From Octopus bimaculoides (taxonomy: Eukaryota), in contig NC_068984.1 in assembly GCF_001194135.2 (NCBI RefSeq), positions 97,917,294 to 97,981,293 on the forward strand: a DNA stretch of 64,000 bases, given 5' to 3'. The notes beneath the pieces are model-generated. The model was not told where the DNA came from. It was given only the letters and a program-made list of their open reading frames with translations, and ran no database searches. Positions 1-12,094 of the stretch are shown in pieces. The number at the start of each line of letters is the position of its first letter. Position 1 is the first letter of the stretch. A program made the position numbers and the translations under genes.

Positions 1-193
1 CAAACCTTCCCAAACCTAGACCGTCGCTTAACACGTCTTGTCCTGACCGCAGCCCCGTTCGAAAGGGGCACGAACGCCGATCGAGGCTCCCTCTGCCCTG
101 TTTCCCCTTCCGGTCGACTCGCCCTTCCGGTCAGCCTCCCCAGACACTGACGTCATACCACAACAAGTACAAAATAAGATATACATACATACA

Positions 194-1604
194 TCTAATA
201 TAATAAATGTGAATGTCAGTGTGTCACACTTTTTCAACTTTATTCTTAGACGCTGTAGCTCAACATATCATACCATTTTGGAATCAGACCAACTCCATGA
301 GTAAACTAAAAACAATCCAGACCCGCAATCCTAAAATTTTGGATTCCCAAGTTTTCATTACTGTGATTTTTTACATAATTTTTTTGTGATGAAATTTTTG
401 TATGATAACAATTTTTACTAGCTGGACCCATGAAAACTTCATGGAAAATATAAAAAATGTAAGCATCTGTAAATAGTGACTCTATTTAATAACTATCAAA
501 TAATTATGGGCAAAACTATAGATGTATACCCACCGACTTTGTTGCTCCTCATAAATTCCATAAATAATTGCTTAGATCCTGCTGATTGAGTGTGTTAAGA
601 TTTGTTGGAAAAAAATTTTCTGATGGGGTAGGGAGAGGCGTTTCAGAAAATTCATATGGCTTGACATTTTCGGCCTCATAGCTTTTAGGAAAATAGGTAT
701 TTTTAATGAAATTTTATACAAATACTTTTCAAACAGCATAAAATAACTGTCCCAATAGGTTTATCATATATCGTCCAAAATAAAAAGTTTTCCAGCATTT
801 TCTCTCTGAGAATAGCTTCATTCTCTATTCACTCAATCCATCTCTCTAAATCTCTTTTTCTCTTTCCCCTCCTCTATGTCTCCTTGCCTCTAACCTTTCT
901 CTTGCATTTAACGCAGTATATTTCTCTTGCCTCTCAGCACTACCAATGTCCTCCCTCTCTCTTACTCCCTATTCTTTGTCGATTTGCCTCTTACTTCAAC
1001 TATACTTCTTCTGCTTAACAAATTTTATCTCTCTCTTTTTACCTCTTCCTTTCAACTAAGTGTGACACCACGTAGGTATTAGCATATTAATAGAACAGTC
1101 TTTATAACTTGGGAATAATTGAAATAAATTGCGCAATCTAGCGAAAGTCACCCATGAAATAGAAATAATTATTTGTATGAAAGGTAAGGACCTACATACA
1201 TCAAATTGTCTTTAAATTAAGTGGCGGCAGAAGAATTATTGTTGAACTTTTAAAAGGTAGGCTTAAATATTAATGTAATACTTAAATGCAGCGATCAATT
1301 TTCAGTTCTTCTGTAGTTTATTGTTGCCTATTGCATATGGCAGCAGTATGCCTTGTAAAAATAAATCTCTGCCAACAGAGGACCAGATTGCAATCAAAAA
1401 AACCAAGGCTGCTGTGAGGAAAAGAAAGTCCCATACAGATGAAAACCCAGATCAAACAGCAACCACGAGAGCTTCCAATGCTGAGAATATACAAATATTT
1501 TGGGACTCAATGCACGAAGAGTCATTTTTGGGCCCAAGGCCTAATCAAGAACCTTTCGTAGGAGCTGGCTTAAAAGCCACCCGATGGGGTTGGCTTTAAC
1601 CTAG
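194..1604 (+). mobile_element. Non-autonomous Helitron-like element
   Basis: A|TC start (TCTAATATAATAAATGTGAATGTC) at 194; 3' hairpin AAAGCCA-CCC-gatg-GGG-t-TGGCTTT at 1573-1597 followed by CTAG|T at 1601-1605; no TSD; CT-rich interior. Confidence 0.7.
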
Positions 1605-1695
1605 TACATACATATGCACACACCGATATGTATATATATATATATGCACACGCAGAGTAACATGTACATATACATGCACAAATATAAATAGATGT

Positions 1696-1699
<4 letters not shown>

Positions 1700-1758
<59 letters not shown>
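1700..1758. repeat. (TA)n microsatellite, representative of many (TA)n, (CA)n and (GA)n tracts (e.g. 2197-2224, 8438-8536, 11729-11810, 12868-12937, 45035-45090)
   Basis: Direct reading; these tracts generate the YIYI and THTH ORFs in the ORF track. Confidence 0.98.
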
Positions 1759-1762
<4 letters not shown>

Positions 1763-2193
1763 TACATAGTTATATATATGTGCATACACAGACGCATATA
1801 TACATATTATCTGTTTTTTTAATGTCCACATTTTCATTTCGGACGGGTCGGACATTTGTTGACGCAGATTTTCTATAGCCAGGTACCCTTCCTGTCACCA
1901 ACCTTTACCCATTCCCAAGGAGGATAATACTTCCACATGACCAGATATATTTCCCTAGAATATTGGAAATAAATGACTTTCATATACAATAATCACTTGA
2001 CATCAAGAAAAGCAAACACAAAGATTTACATACTACACACACTCGATGGGCTTCTTTCAGTTTCCGTCAATCAAATCCACTCTCACAGGGCTTTGGTTGG
2101 CCCAAGTCTATACTAGAAAATATCTGCTGAAGTGGGAATGAATACAGTGGGAATAAATACAAAACCATGTGGCTGGGAAGCAAACTTCTCAAC

Positions 2194-2227
<34 letters not shown>

Positions 2228-3129
2228 CACACAGGATGTTCCAGAAAAATGCATACACACTGTCAATTTTCATTTTTAGATTTAACCCATTAGAAATAAT
2301 GGAGGGAACCAAACTAGTCTTTGAATGAAAGTTAATTCATCTTAAAGTGTTATTGGAATCCTGAAGACACAGTCGAAGCGCAAAGACAGCTTAGGAAGGA
2401 GTTTCAAACAGATCCTACATGACTTACCTTCACTTAAAGTAGATGCAAAGTTGAAGCAGATGGCCTGTTGAGAATGTCCACAAAGTTAGAAATACAAATG
2501 CACATATTCCAGTTGTTGGATGAAGTAAAGATAGCAATGATAATATTGTTGACACTACAGGAGCTAAATTTCAACAAATAAATACTATTAGGCACAAAAA
2601 TAATGATGATAATTACAATGATATACTGTATGACTTTAGTAATGTTAATAATGGTTATCCCCATGATATGCTCTAAAATAACTGTAGATAGAAATAAGCC
2701 CTCTAATGTTAATTATATAAGCTTGCACCATAGGCATAAACAAAATAAAAATAACTGAATCAAGAAATAAAGTCAATACCAATGAGAAAATTACTCATAA
2801 TAATAATCATAATAATAATAATTTCTACTATAGGCACAAGGCCTGAAATTTGCGGGGAAGGGGATAGTCGATTATATTGACCCCAGTACTCAAATGATTG
2901 ACTCCAAGAGGATGAAAGGCAAGGTTGACCTCAACAGAATTTGAACTCAGAACTTAAAGGCAGAAGAAACGGGACGCTAATGATTCTGGCAACTCGCAGC
3001 CTTAATAATAAAAATATTAATAATATAACCCAGTAACTGGATAATACGAATAAGAACGATAGTCATTATCAGAGTAAAGCAGTGTATAAATAACCAAATT
3101 GCTTTAGATCCTACTACACCCAATTAAAA

Positions 3130-3500
3130 TAAGTTTAAAAATAAAAAGATTAGGAATGTGGTTCAACCCCGTTCTTTGTTCTAAATGTTGCTTCAAAGAA
3201 ACACTTCTATGCATCCAACCTGTATCAAGAAATTCTCAATAGACATACTACACTGTTCACTCTACAATACCAAATATTGCTGAATACATAACAAGATTTA
3301 ACCATAGGAAATTAAACCATACAATTAATGACAATCCTCGTAATTGCACTGCTCTTAGCCACCCAAAAAACTGCAATAACATAAATAATGTAAATGGTCA
3401 ATGCACCTAATTCTAGTCAATCTGAACTTATTATACCTACCAATATGTAACTTTTGAAATATATTACTGTGTCCAGTTAATAATCAATGCTTTAAGAAAA
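3130..3500 (+). mobile_element. Heavily decayed Penelope-like fragment
   Basis: K.K.R..WFNP motif followed by a Cys-containing segment, paralleling the 45.6-kb copy. Confidence 0.4.
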
Positions 3501-4084
3501 ATATAGTGCATAAGTGATTTAGCACTGCACTTTGTAAAGGACATGTTTATATTGGTGTGTCCTGCTCCTCATTCAAACTTGTTGGAAAATCCCAAATCTA
3601 CACCTGAAAATAAAGCTAGTAGTTACATCTTCAGCTAAATTTGTATATTGTTTCACTGATAATTTCTTTCTATATAAATTTCTTTGTCTTTCTGTCTGTT
3701 CCCTAAGCATTCTCAAATGGCTCCACCAAATCAAATCAAATTTTACAAAGTAACAGCATTACACCTCGCGATTGTCAACATGTAATTTTTATTTTCATTT
3801 GGATTGAAACAATATAACATTCCTTAATAACTGGCTATACCCTACATACACTTATGTATGTACTCCTATATGCATAAATCTGTGTAGACATGCATATGCT
3901 GATATTTGGGTGTATATATACATATACAGGTGTTTCTATGTACATACATGTATTTGGACATATATATACACATTAATATGCATGTGCATTTGTTTATCAT
4001 TCTATATATGTATTGTTTACTTATATTTTTTTAAAAATCTGTGCATATATACATTCATGTGCATGTGTATGTATATATTTACAT

Positions 4085-4259
4085 ATATACTTTATTTAAA
4101 AGCAGTAGAAATATAACAAAAAACTGTTACTCGGAGTTTCATGTTCATCGAACAGCTTTGTTAGATTATTTTGTTAGATTTTCTAACAAAACTGTCCGAT
4201 GAACGTGAAACTGAGTAATAGATTTTGTTATAGTTCTGCTGCTTTTAAATAAAGCATAT
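4085..4259. repeat. Palindromic element (about 80-bp arms) carrying hammerhead-like motifs
   Basis: 4085-4165 pairs imperfectly with 4182-4259. Confidence 0.9.
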
Positions 4260-5256
4260 TACTCTACATCTGGTATTTGAGTACTCTTTTTTCCACCTTG
4301 TTGCACATTTATGTGCTTACTCTGGTATATATATAAACATGTATGCACATAGGCCCAAGTGTGCATATTTATATTTATCTGTATGTATAAATATTCCTGA
4401 ATGTGTTTCTACATATGTGATTTGTTTGCCAGAGAAAAGCATATGATGTAGCTAATGTTAGAGTAAAATTCTTGAAAGTTCAAATGCTTTCTGCGATATT
4501 TTTGCAACCTTGTTGATCTCGTATGGATGTTTATTGTTACTGAACACAATTTCTTGGTATTAGTTTGACCTCCCTGTCTTTATGTATTCATCCATGAATT
4601 CTGTAGAATCTTGAATTCACCAGTTTTTTATATTATTTGTTTACATTTTTAAAAATATATCTTTTATTTATTTCAATCATTAGACTGTGGCGATGCTGGG
4701 GCACTGCCTTGAAGGTTGAATGAATTGACCCCAGTACTCTTTTTAAAGTCTGGTATTCTATTGGTCCTTATATATACAACAGGTTTCTTTCAGTTTGTCT
4801 ACCTAATCCACTCTCAAGGCTTTGGGCAACCCATGGCTATTGTAGAAGACACTTGCCCAAAATGCCATATAGTGAGACTGAACCCGGAACCATGTGGCTC
4901 GGAAGCAAGTTTCTTACCACACAGCCAGCCATACTTTGTTATTTTATTTAATCTTTTTTTTCTTCTTGTTATCTTAATGGTTAATTCCTCAATTTCTATC
5001 TAGCATTTGAATTATGTGAGGGTGTTCATATGTAAAAAAAAAATTCTTTCTATAATAGCAACACAATATATCTTACCTTTTACTGACTAAATATAATTTA
5101 GTCCAGTTCCATACACAGTGTATATAAAGAGGGAATTTTGTATGTAAATTTAAAGTTCAACTGTTGATATAACCATGATGTTCTGCTGATCTAGCATCCT
5201 TTATTTACATTAATTCAAGAATATACAAATGTATTGTATAATGCTGAGTATACACA

Positions 5257-6300
5257 TTACTGGCGACCAAGTTAGTAGTGGGGGTGGGTGTGCTGAAAGT
5301 GTAGCTGCTAGAATAAGAATAGCCTGGGCAAAGTTTAGAGAGCTCTTACCCCTGCTGGCGACAAAGGGACTCTCACTCAGAGTAAAAGGCAGACTGTATG
5401 ACGCATGCGTACGAACAGCCATGCTACATGGCAGTGAAACATGGGCTGTAACTGCTGAGGACATACGTAAGCTCGCAAGGAATGAAGCCAGTATGCTCCG
5501 TTGGATGTGTAATGTCAATGTGAATACCCGTCAGAGTGTAAGTATCTTGAGAGAAAAGCTGAACATNNNNNNNNNNNNNNNNNNNNNNNNNNNNNNNNNN
5601 NNNNNNNNNNNNNNNNNNNNNNNNNNNNNNNNNNNNNNNNNNNNNNNNNNNNNNNNNNNNNNNNNNNNNNNNNNNNNNNNNNNNNNNNNNNNNNNNNNNN
5701 NNNNNNNNNNNNNNNNNNNNNNNNNNNNNNNNNNNNNNNNNNNNNNNNNNNNNNNNNNNNNNNNNNNNNNNNNNNNNNNNNNNNNNNNNNNNNNNNNNNN
5801 NNNNNNNNNNNNNNNNNNNNNNNNNNNNNNNNNNNNNNNNNNNNNNNNNNNNNNNNNNNNNNNNNNNNNNNNNNNNNNNNNNNNNNNNNNNNNNNNNNNN
5901 NNNNNNNNNNNNNNNNNNNNNAAGATCGTTGCCAGTGCCCCTGGACTGGCTCTTGTGCGGGTGGCACATGAGATGCACCATTTTGAGCGTGGCCGTTGCC
6001 AGTACCGCCTGACTGGCTCCCGTAGGATTTTCGAGTGAGATCGTTGCCAGTGCCCCTGGACTGGCTTGTGCGGGTGGCACATAAAAGACATCATTTCGAG
6101 CGTGGCCGTTTTCGTGCGGGTGACACGTAAAAGCACCCACTACACTCTCTGAGTGGTTGGCGTTAGGAAGGGCATCCAGCTGTAGAAACTCTGCCAAATT
6201 AGATTGGAGCCTGGTGTTGCCATCCGGTTTCACCAGTCCTCAGTCAAATCGTCCAACCCATGCTAACATGGAAAGCGGACGTTAAACGATGATGATGATG
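5257..6300 (+). mobile_element. 5'-truncated RTE-clade LINE (RT C-terminus, tandem-repeat 3' UTR, (GAT)n tail)
   Basis: ORF GDQVSSGGG...RIRIAWAKFRELLPLL...LHGSETW...MLRWMCNV; about 116-bp repeat units starting at 5923 and 6039; GATGATGATG tail; candidate TSD TACACA at 5251-5256 and 6301-6306; spans a gap. Confidence 0.88.
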
Positions 6301-6423
6301 TACACAAAATTTCTTGCATAGTGAAATACTACAAGAAGGTTGCGAAACAGCCATAAACCTATTGAAGTTACATGATTAAACCTCACACACATATATATAT
6401 ACATACACAAACATATACAAGAA

Positions 6424-7155
6424 AATCAATAAGAGACATTCAACATCTTTGGCCAATTCTGTGTGGCGACTTAAGGAAGATCAAGTAAAGTATAACATAG
6501 CTTGGTCCATAGTATGGCACGCAAAACCATATAATATTGTTTCCAGATGTCAACTCTGCTCCAAGGAATCCCAGTCTATTCTGTGTATCATGAGATCATT
6601 AATAGAATTTCTGAAAGACTCTTAATATGCCTACATACATGCGTACTTTTGCACAATGCAGTGGGAATAAATTTGAGCAACTGTTAATGTAATTTACCTT
6701 AAGGTATGGATAAATTCATATAATCACCAAGTAGCTATTTAACTTGCTATGTGAATGCATGTGTGGAAAACCACACATGTGCATACAATTGCATCTTTGC
6801 AGATGTTTGTATGAGCAAGTGTACATGTGTCATACAACTTATATGAGGGCATTTATACATCCATATCTATTGATGGCTATTTTTAATACATTTTTTGCTG
6901 TATTGTGCCTTTGTTTCTTTTTTTGCATCTGTTATTTTATTATTGATTTTCTCTGTTAATGAAGTTATACCCTTTAATTTGTTGCTTTTCTTTACACGAA
7001 ATGTGAAGATACATAGCAGAACTGTGACTTTAATGAGTTATATTTATTTATCACCCAAAGAGACATATCTGCTCCATCGGATGCTCCTGAACCAGTTGTT
7101 AAGTATCCCAGCCATGAAGGATTGATGCTAGATGTGTGAAAACAATTGTAGTGAT
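6424..7155 (+). mobile_element. Second, diverged copy of the same Penelope-like 3' end
   Basis: Colinear by eye with 46199-46962 from AATCAATAAGAGACA to the terminal GAAAC motif. Confidence 0.8.
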
Positions 7156-7189
7156 TAATAATTCTCATATCTTCTGTCTCTCATTTACC

Positions 7190-7224
<35 letters not shown>

Positions 7225-7245
7225 TATATATGTACATATATACAT

Positions 7246-7560
7246 AACTTTTATCTTTTACTTGTTTCAGACTGAGGCCATGCTGGGGAACCACCTTGAA
7301 TTTTTAGTTGAACGGATTGACCCCAGTATTTAATTCTCTTTTGCTAAACCTAGCACTTATTCGCTTTTGATGAACTGTTAGGTTACAGGAACATAAATAC
7401 ATACACACGATGGGCTTCTTTCAGTTTCTGTCTACCAAATCCACTCACAAGGCTTTGGTCAGCCTGGGGCTACAGTAGAAAGCACTTGCCCAAGGTACCA
7501 TGCAGTGGGACTGAACTCAGAGCTATGTGGTTAGGAAGCAAGATTCTTACCACACAGCCA
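7246..7560 (-). mobile_element. SINE family A (head TGGCTGTGTGGTAAGAA, internal CA/TA microsatellite); other copies at about 2030-2200, 4660-4930, 25090-25260, 26170-26945, 35040-35210, 38080-38180 (+), 38420-38510, 47220-47598, 51370-51530, 57640-57990
   Basis: Recurrent GGGCTTCTTTCAGTTTC..TCTACCAAATCCACTCACAAGGCTTTGG...CTTACCACACAGCCA on the plus strand. Confidence 0.85.
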
Positions 7561-7651
7561 TGCCTACAATACATATAGATACATTCTTTCGTTTTAGCCA
7601 TGTGGCTGCATTCATGCTTGAGCACCAGTGACTTTGCATGTTTACATATAT

Positions 7652-8030
7652 GTTGTTGTTGTTGGCACTCCGTCGCTTACAACGTCGAGGGTTCCAGTTG
7701 ATACAATCAACGGAACAGCCTACTCGTGAAATTAACGTGTAAGTGGCTGAGCACTCCACAGACACATCTACCCTTAACGTAGTTCTCGGGGATATTCAGT
7801 GTGACAAGGCTGACCCTTTGAATTACAGGCACAACAGAAACGGGAAGTAAGAGTGAGAGAAATTTGTGGTGAAAGAGTACAGCAGGGTTCGCCACCATCC
7901 CCTGCCGGAGCCTCGTGGAGCTTTTAGGTGTTTTCACTCAATAAACACTCACAACGCCCAGTCTGGGAATTGAGACTGCGATCCTGAGACCGCGAGTCCG
8001 CTGCCCTAACCACTGGGCCATTGTGCCTCC
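7652..8030 (-). mobile_element. Full-length tRNA-derived SINE with (AAC)n tail
   Basis: Head GGAGGCACAATGGCCCAGTGGTTAGGGCAGCGGAC; 10-bp TSD TTACATATAT at 7642-7651 and 8031-8040. Confidence 0.9.
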
Positions 8031-8433
8031 TTACATATATATTATAGATGTCTCATCAGACTCCAATGGCCACAGACATATAACCTCAGTTTGAAAAGAG
8101 GTTATATGCCTTCAGCCAATGGAGATTGACAAATAACAACATGTATGTATACAGATGGATTCTGCATGTGTGTGTTATATATATATATAATTTGGTAGAT
8201 AGAAAGTAATACGAGGTCTATCATGTAGATTTACATGTATAAATATAGAATTTTTATGTAACAACTTATCTGTATATATTAATACATGACAGGCTTCAGT
8301 ATAGTTTCTATCTACAAAATTTTAATCATAAGGCATTGACTGGCCTAAGGCCAAAATGCAAGGTATTTTTCCACTGTACTACACAATGGACTGAGACAGA
8401 AGCAAACTTCTTTATAACACAGATGTGTGTGAG

Positions 8434-8467
<34 letters not shown>

Positions 8468-8487
8468 CAAATGTGCATCTATGTATG

Positions 8488-8537
<50 letters not shown>

Positions 8538-8541
<4 letters not shown>

Positions 8542-8837
8542 AGTCATGTGGCTTATTGGTTCAGGTATTCAGTTCATGATTGTAAGGCCATGAGTTTCAT
8601 TCCTGGCATGTATTATGTCCTTGAGCAAGACACTTTATTTCATATTGCTTCAGTTCACTTAGCTGGTAAAAATTAGTACCTATATTTCAAAGGGCCAGCC
8701 TTGCTACATTCTGTATTATGCTGAATCTTCCTGAGAATTATGTTAAGGGAATGCATGTCTATGGTGTTGTCAGTTTCGTGCATGCTATTCTGTTGACTGG
8801 ATCAACAGTAACCCTTGTCGTAACTGATGGAGTGCCA
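8538..8837 (+). mobile_element. tRNA-derived SINE with a different body but a 3' tail shared with the 7652-8030 SINE
   Basis: Degenerate A and B boxes, GTCCTTGAGCAAGACACTT body, tail ...GGATCAAC..AACCCT..TCGTAAC.GA.GGAGTGCCA. Confidence 0.65.
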
Positions 8838-9599
8838 GTGTGATACACACAAACACACACATGCACAAAATAGATCTTAAATATTATTATTGTTATTTAA
8901 GACAGCAAGCTAGCAGAATCATTAGTGCTGGGCAAAATGCCTAGCTGCATTTCCTTTGGCTTCACGTTATGAGTTCAAATTTTGCTGAAGCTGACTACCT
9001 TTCATTCTTCTGGGGTTGATAAAATAAGTACCAGTTGAACACTGGGTTTGATGTAAGTGACTTATCCCCTCCCCGATCTTACTGGCTTTGTGCCAAAAAT
9101 TTTAAATCCTCACCATCATTACTATTATCAAGGCAGCAAGCTGGCAGAATCATTAGCATACTTAGTGGAATTCCATCCGTCACTACATTCTGCGTTTCAT
9201 GCTTTTGGAGTTGATAAATTAAGTACCAGTGAAACACTGGGGTTGATGTAATTGACTACACCCCTGTCCACAAATCTGAAGCTTTGTGCCTCTAGTAGAA
9301 AGGACTAATATTATTATTAGACTGGTGGATAGGCAGAATTGTTTAAGTATCAGGAAATATGCATTGTGTAATTTTGTTTGTTTCTCTCTGTTTTGAGTTT
9401 AAATCAAGTTGAGGTTAATTTCACTTTTCATCATTTTGGCATTGATAATATAACGTACCAAACTAAAACTGGAGTCAATGGTTTCAATGAAAACCCAATC
9501 TTGAAAACTGCTTGTCTTGTGCTTAAATTAGAAACAATTATTATTGTTATTATTATTACAAAGAATATATTTTCAAGTTAAGCATACTTCTGACAAATG

Positions 9600-11729
9600 T
9601 CATCCAGGGTCTTCAATGAACTGATTTAAATATTTTATTTTATGTGTTATTCATTATAAGAATCGTAATATTTCTTTTTTAAGTCATCAGCATCATCACC
9701 ACACTCAGCATCATCTTCATTATAACAAGCTTCCATCTCCTGATCATATATCAATAATTAAGCTGTAAATAAATTTGCTATATTGAAAAGAACAGTCACT
9801 GCATTTGATTGAGCAAATAGAAGGTGTGTGTGTCCTGATACAGATATATTTGTGTCCTTACTCTTACAGAATACCAATCTGAGAATTATGAAATTGAAAA
9901 GAATATACATAAAAATAAACAGAAGATAATAAACTGTAAGATTAAATAATGAATTTAAAAAATAACGAACAACAATTAAAATTATTAATAAACAGAAAAG
10001 AAAAAAAACATTGAAAGTTTGGGTAAGTTTTAATGGTTATGCCATTTGTAGGCAATATAAAATATAGCAGAGTGGGAAAAGTTTCAATGTACAAATAAAT
10101 TAAAAGTGAGACAAAATGTGTTTTGTTTTGTTGTTGTTTTTAACTACTTTGTAAAATAAATTATTTATTTTTTTTTTATTGTCTGAGAGAATCTCCATTT
10201 AGAGTTTTTTCTTTTTGTCATTTATTCATTTATTTATATATTTATTTTTCTCTTGTTTTGAATAGAATAAATTGAAATGATACCTCAAATGAAGAATGCT
10301 GCTTAATTCAGTGGGGAGAAGACATAACATCACTAAGCTAAGGATAAAGCAATGGAGAAAAAAAAAAAGCTTTCATCCATTTAAGGGCCATTTGTATGAT
10401 TATAAAATTAACCCTAACCCTTTAGCATTCAAACTGGCTAAACTGAAGCCACTATTAAAGACTAAACCATATCATACCCAGCCTTGTTAACATGTTACCT
10501 TTGGTACCAAACTACTTTTCTCCAATTAATTATAATTTCTATATAAATACACCAGCGTATTTAACATTATTAGTATCATGAATGCTAAAGGGATAATAAA
10601 CCACTACTGAAAGTTATAAAACAATGAAGTGGGGGAAGTGTGTGTTTATGTGTAATGTGTTTGTGATATATATTTTAGAATCTGACATAACACCCTGCCC
10701 CCTAAAAAATTCTAACAGATCACAGCATATCTGGATATGTGAAAGCACACTTTGTATTTGCTGCAAATAATTCTCATATTATGTATGGATATGTTTATGT
10801 GTGTGTGCGTGTGTGCATATATATATATATATATATATCTGAATTTATCCCTTAAAATGGGAATGGGCATGTATAAAAAAGAAAAGTAATGTTTTGTATA
10901 TTCAAGTGCTGTTGTGTATGATTTGTTTTATAAAACAAAGTATATAAGCCAAGCTCTCTCTCTTTCTTTCTCTCTATTAATTAAAATTTTCTGATTATAC
11001 ATTCCAATGAGATATAAATTAATCTGTTGTGATTGTCCACTAATTAAGATAAGAACAACTTGCAAATTAGGAAAAAAACAGCAAAGAGTTTCTGAAAGCC
11101 ATTGCCTTTGTGTATTGTTTTACTTTTTTTCTTTCTTTTTTTTGGGAGGTGGGGTGGGGTTTCTCTTGTGGTGATGTGTTTGTTTTTGCACAGACCATTA
11201 CAACAACCTTCGAAATAGTACATCAGAAATGACTTTGAAATCAATGAAACATCATCACAAAATGTTCCTATGGCTTCTCCCTGGCAGTAACTGAAGAAAC
11301 AGACTTTCGGCAGTAACAATAAACATATTCATAACAATAATTTAAGTATCTTTTAAAGCAAACTGAAGATAATTGCAGTAGTGTTGTAAGGGGGGGTTTA
11401 AAATGGAATATAAACATTGTAGGTTCCATTCAAATCACAGCCACACACTACATTGGAATGAAATACCATTTTTTTCTCTAAAGCAGCAACAAATGCTATG
11501 ATGTGTTCACTTCATGTTATCAGCAACATACTTTATAAAACTGTTTTTTGAAAGGCTCATATACAAGTAGTTTCACTTGAAGGCATAGGCTTCATGCGAA
11601 CACACCTGAAGTTAATGAGCAATCACTAATAAAGCCAATATCAATAGGAAAAATTAACTGATAAAAGATATGTACATGTGTATGTGTGCATACACAAACA
11701 CACATTTGTAACTCACACACACATACACT

Positions 11730-11812
<83 letters not shown>

Positions 11813-12062
11813 ATTATACACACAGACACACGTATACATGATATATATATATAAAATTTATAGTTATATATCAGAAAATAAGCAGGGAGATAATTGAGTA
11901 AAAAATAAACCTAGCAAATTGTTATGATATAGTGTATGTGTTTGTTTGTGTGGAGTAATATAAATAAAACTTTGTATCTCTAATGAATATATAAGCAACT
12001 GATACAACCAGTTTCACCAATTTATACCCATGTTCCAGTGATAGATTAATGTATATCATATT

Positions 12063-12094
<32 letters not shown>

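Noticed and set aside
1570-1855. ORFs rich in YIYI, THTH or CVCV (also near 3.9, 8.3, 11.7, 13.8, 18.4 and 47.9 kb)
   Set aside because: Translations of (TA)n and (CA)n microsatellites
2361-2385. CTGAAGA...GAAG hammerhead-like core (similar at 58508-58535)
   Set aside because: No pairable stem II, no GAAA and no NUH triplet in position
2430-2432. TGA near the end of the orphan exon as possible selenocysteine
   Set aside because: No selenoprotein motif, no SECIS identified and no downstream exon to test the frame
5923-6140. Repeat-spacer-like pattern suggesting a CRISPR array
   Set aside because: Eukaryotic context; these are tandem units of an RTE 3' UTR without unique spacers
5424-6233. 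Long ORFs containing X runs (also 13751-14445 and 47880-48830)
   Set aside because: Open only because they cross N gaps
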